A DNA stretch of 32,000 nucleotides from the NCBI GenBank assembly GCA_965219535.1, contig CBDCNV010000002.1:2280242-2312241 (forward strand), written 5' to 3'. Shown here piece after piece: positions 31,729 through 32,000 of this stretch. The position numbers and the translations under genes are program-made. The notes beneath the pieces were generated by a model. The model was not told where the DNA came from, ran no database searches, and saw only the letters and a list, made by a program, of their open reading frames with translations. Numbering within the stretch: the stretch's first letter is position 1; each line of letters opens with the position of its first letter. The DNA comes from Opitutales bacterium (lineage in GTDB: Bacteria > Verrucomicrobiota > Verrucomicrobiia > Opitutales > PNEW01).

Positions 31729-32000
31729 ATGGTAACACAGGAACAGTTGAATCACTACTGGGAAAAGGGATGGGTAGTCATCGAAGGAGTATTTGACCCT
31801 GCCGTGGTGGACGGTATTGCAGAAATAGCGACGGCGATCATTGAAAAGGAGATTAAGGATCCTGATATTCCCGAGGTGGCGGGTGAACGCTTGGAAAACG
31901 GAGAAATTATTCCCCGTAAATTAATGGATGCATTTTTCAAGCATCCCTCATTTCAGGAATTCGTTCTTAACGAACGGCTCAGTAAAGTAATTGAAATGTT
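31729..32000 (+). CDS. PhyH family oxygenase, 3' end outside the window
   Basis: It is missing from the ORF track because it runs off the window. GAGGA lies 4 nt upstream of the ATG at 31729. The translation MVTQEQLNHYWEKGWVVIEGVFDPAVVDGIA...IIPRKLMDAFFKHPSFQEFVLNERL is open to the end and has the usual PhyH N-terminal pattern. Confidence 0.65.
   Translation, partial: MVTQEQLNHYWEKGWVVIEGVFDPAVVDGIAEIATAIIEKEIKDPDIPEVAGERLENGEIIPRKLMDAFFKHPSFQEFVLNERLSKVIEM

Overview
This 32-kb window comes from a sulfatase- and PhyH-rich heterotroph. The gene content recalls marine PVC-superphylum or sponge-associated lineages, but taxonomy cannot be established from the sequence alone. All family calls rest on motifs read by eye; no searches were possible.

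I support about 30 protein genes:
- A plus-strand block at 1-6020: a SAF-type oxidoreductase (5' partial), an aldo/keto reductase, a leaderless Cys-type sulfatase, a PhyH dioxygenase and a ceramidase-like hydrolase.
- An AT-rich cupin plus GT2 pair, followed by a GC-rich AstE/AspA-family deacylase, an SGNH hydrolase, a DUF402 protein and a second leaderless sulfatase.
- Two overlapping genes of unknown function, then NUDIX, a YpeA-like GNAT and a small membrane protein.
- A PhyH-like / DegT aminotransferase / CE4 deacetylase operon converging on an MFS transporter.
- A sugar-acid module: gntK, a frameshifted DapA-family aldolase, two enolase-superfamily dehydratases, an SDR and a 2-hydroxyacid dehydrogenase. 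It is interrupted by a 25-nt tRNA-Ser 3' fragment and a decayed IS3-family element.
- Two more PhyH genes and a nucleotidyltransferase gene.

The most unusual content is non-coding. A palindromic cassette is repeated at least seven times between 4.5 and 15.7 kb, with two degenerate reverse copies. Its parts are a promoter-like box, inverted arms of 6-nt-periodic ATCGNN/GATNNN repeats, a conserved tail hairpin and a T-run. Only one copy (15155-15559) still holds its ORF, a four-helix-bundle protein of the 23S-rRNA-IVS-protein family. The other copies look like internal-deletion derivatives that keep the last codons of that ORF in frame.

A second notable item is the nucleotidyltransferase gene. 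Its first nine codons, including the only ATG, appear to be separated from the rest of the gene by a 220-nt insert. The insert carries a 125-nt hairpin and is bounded by 20-21-nt direct repeats.

Base composition is strongly mosaic from gene to gene.
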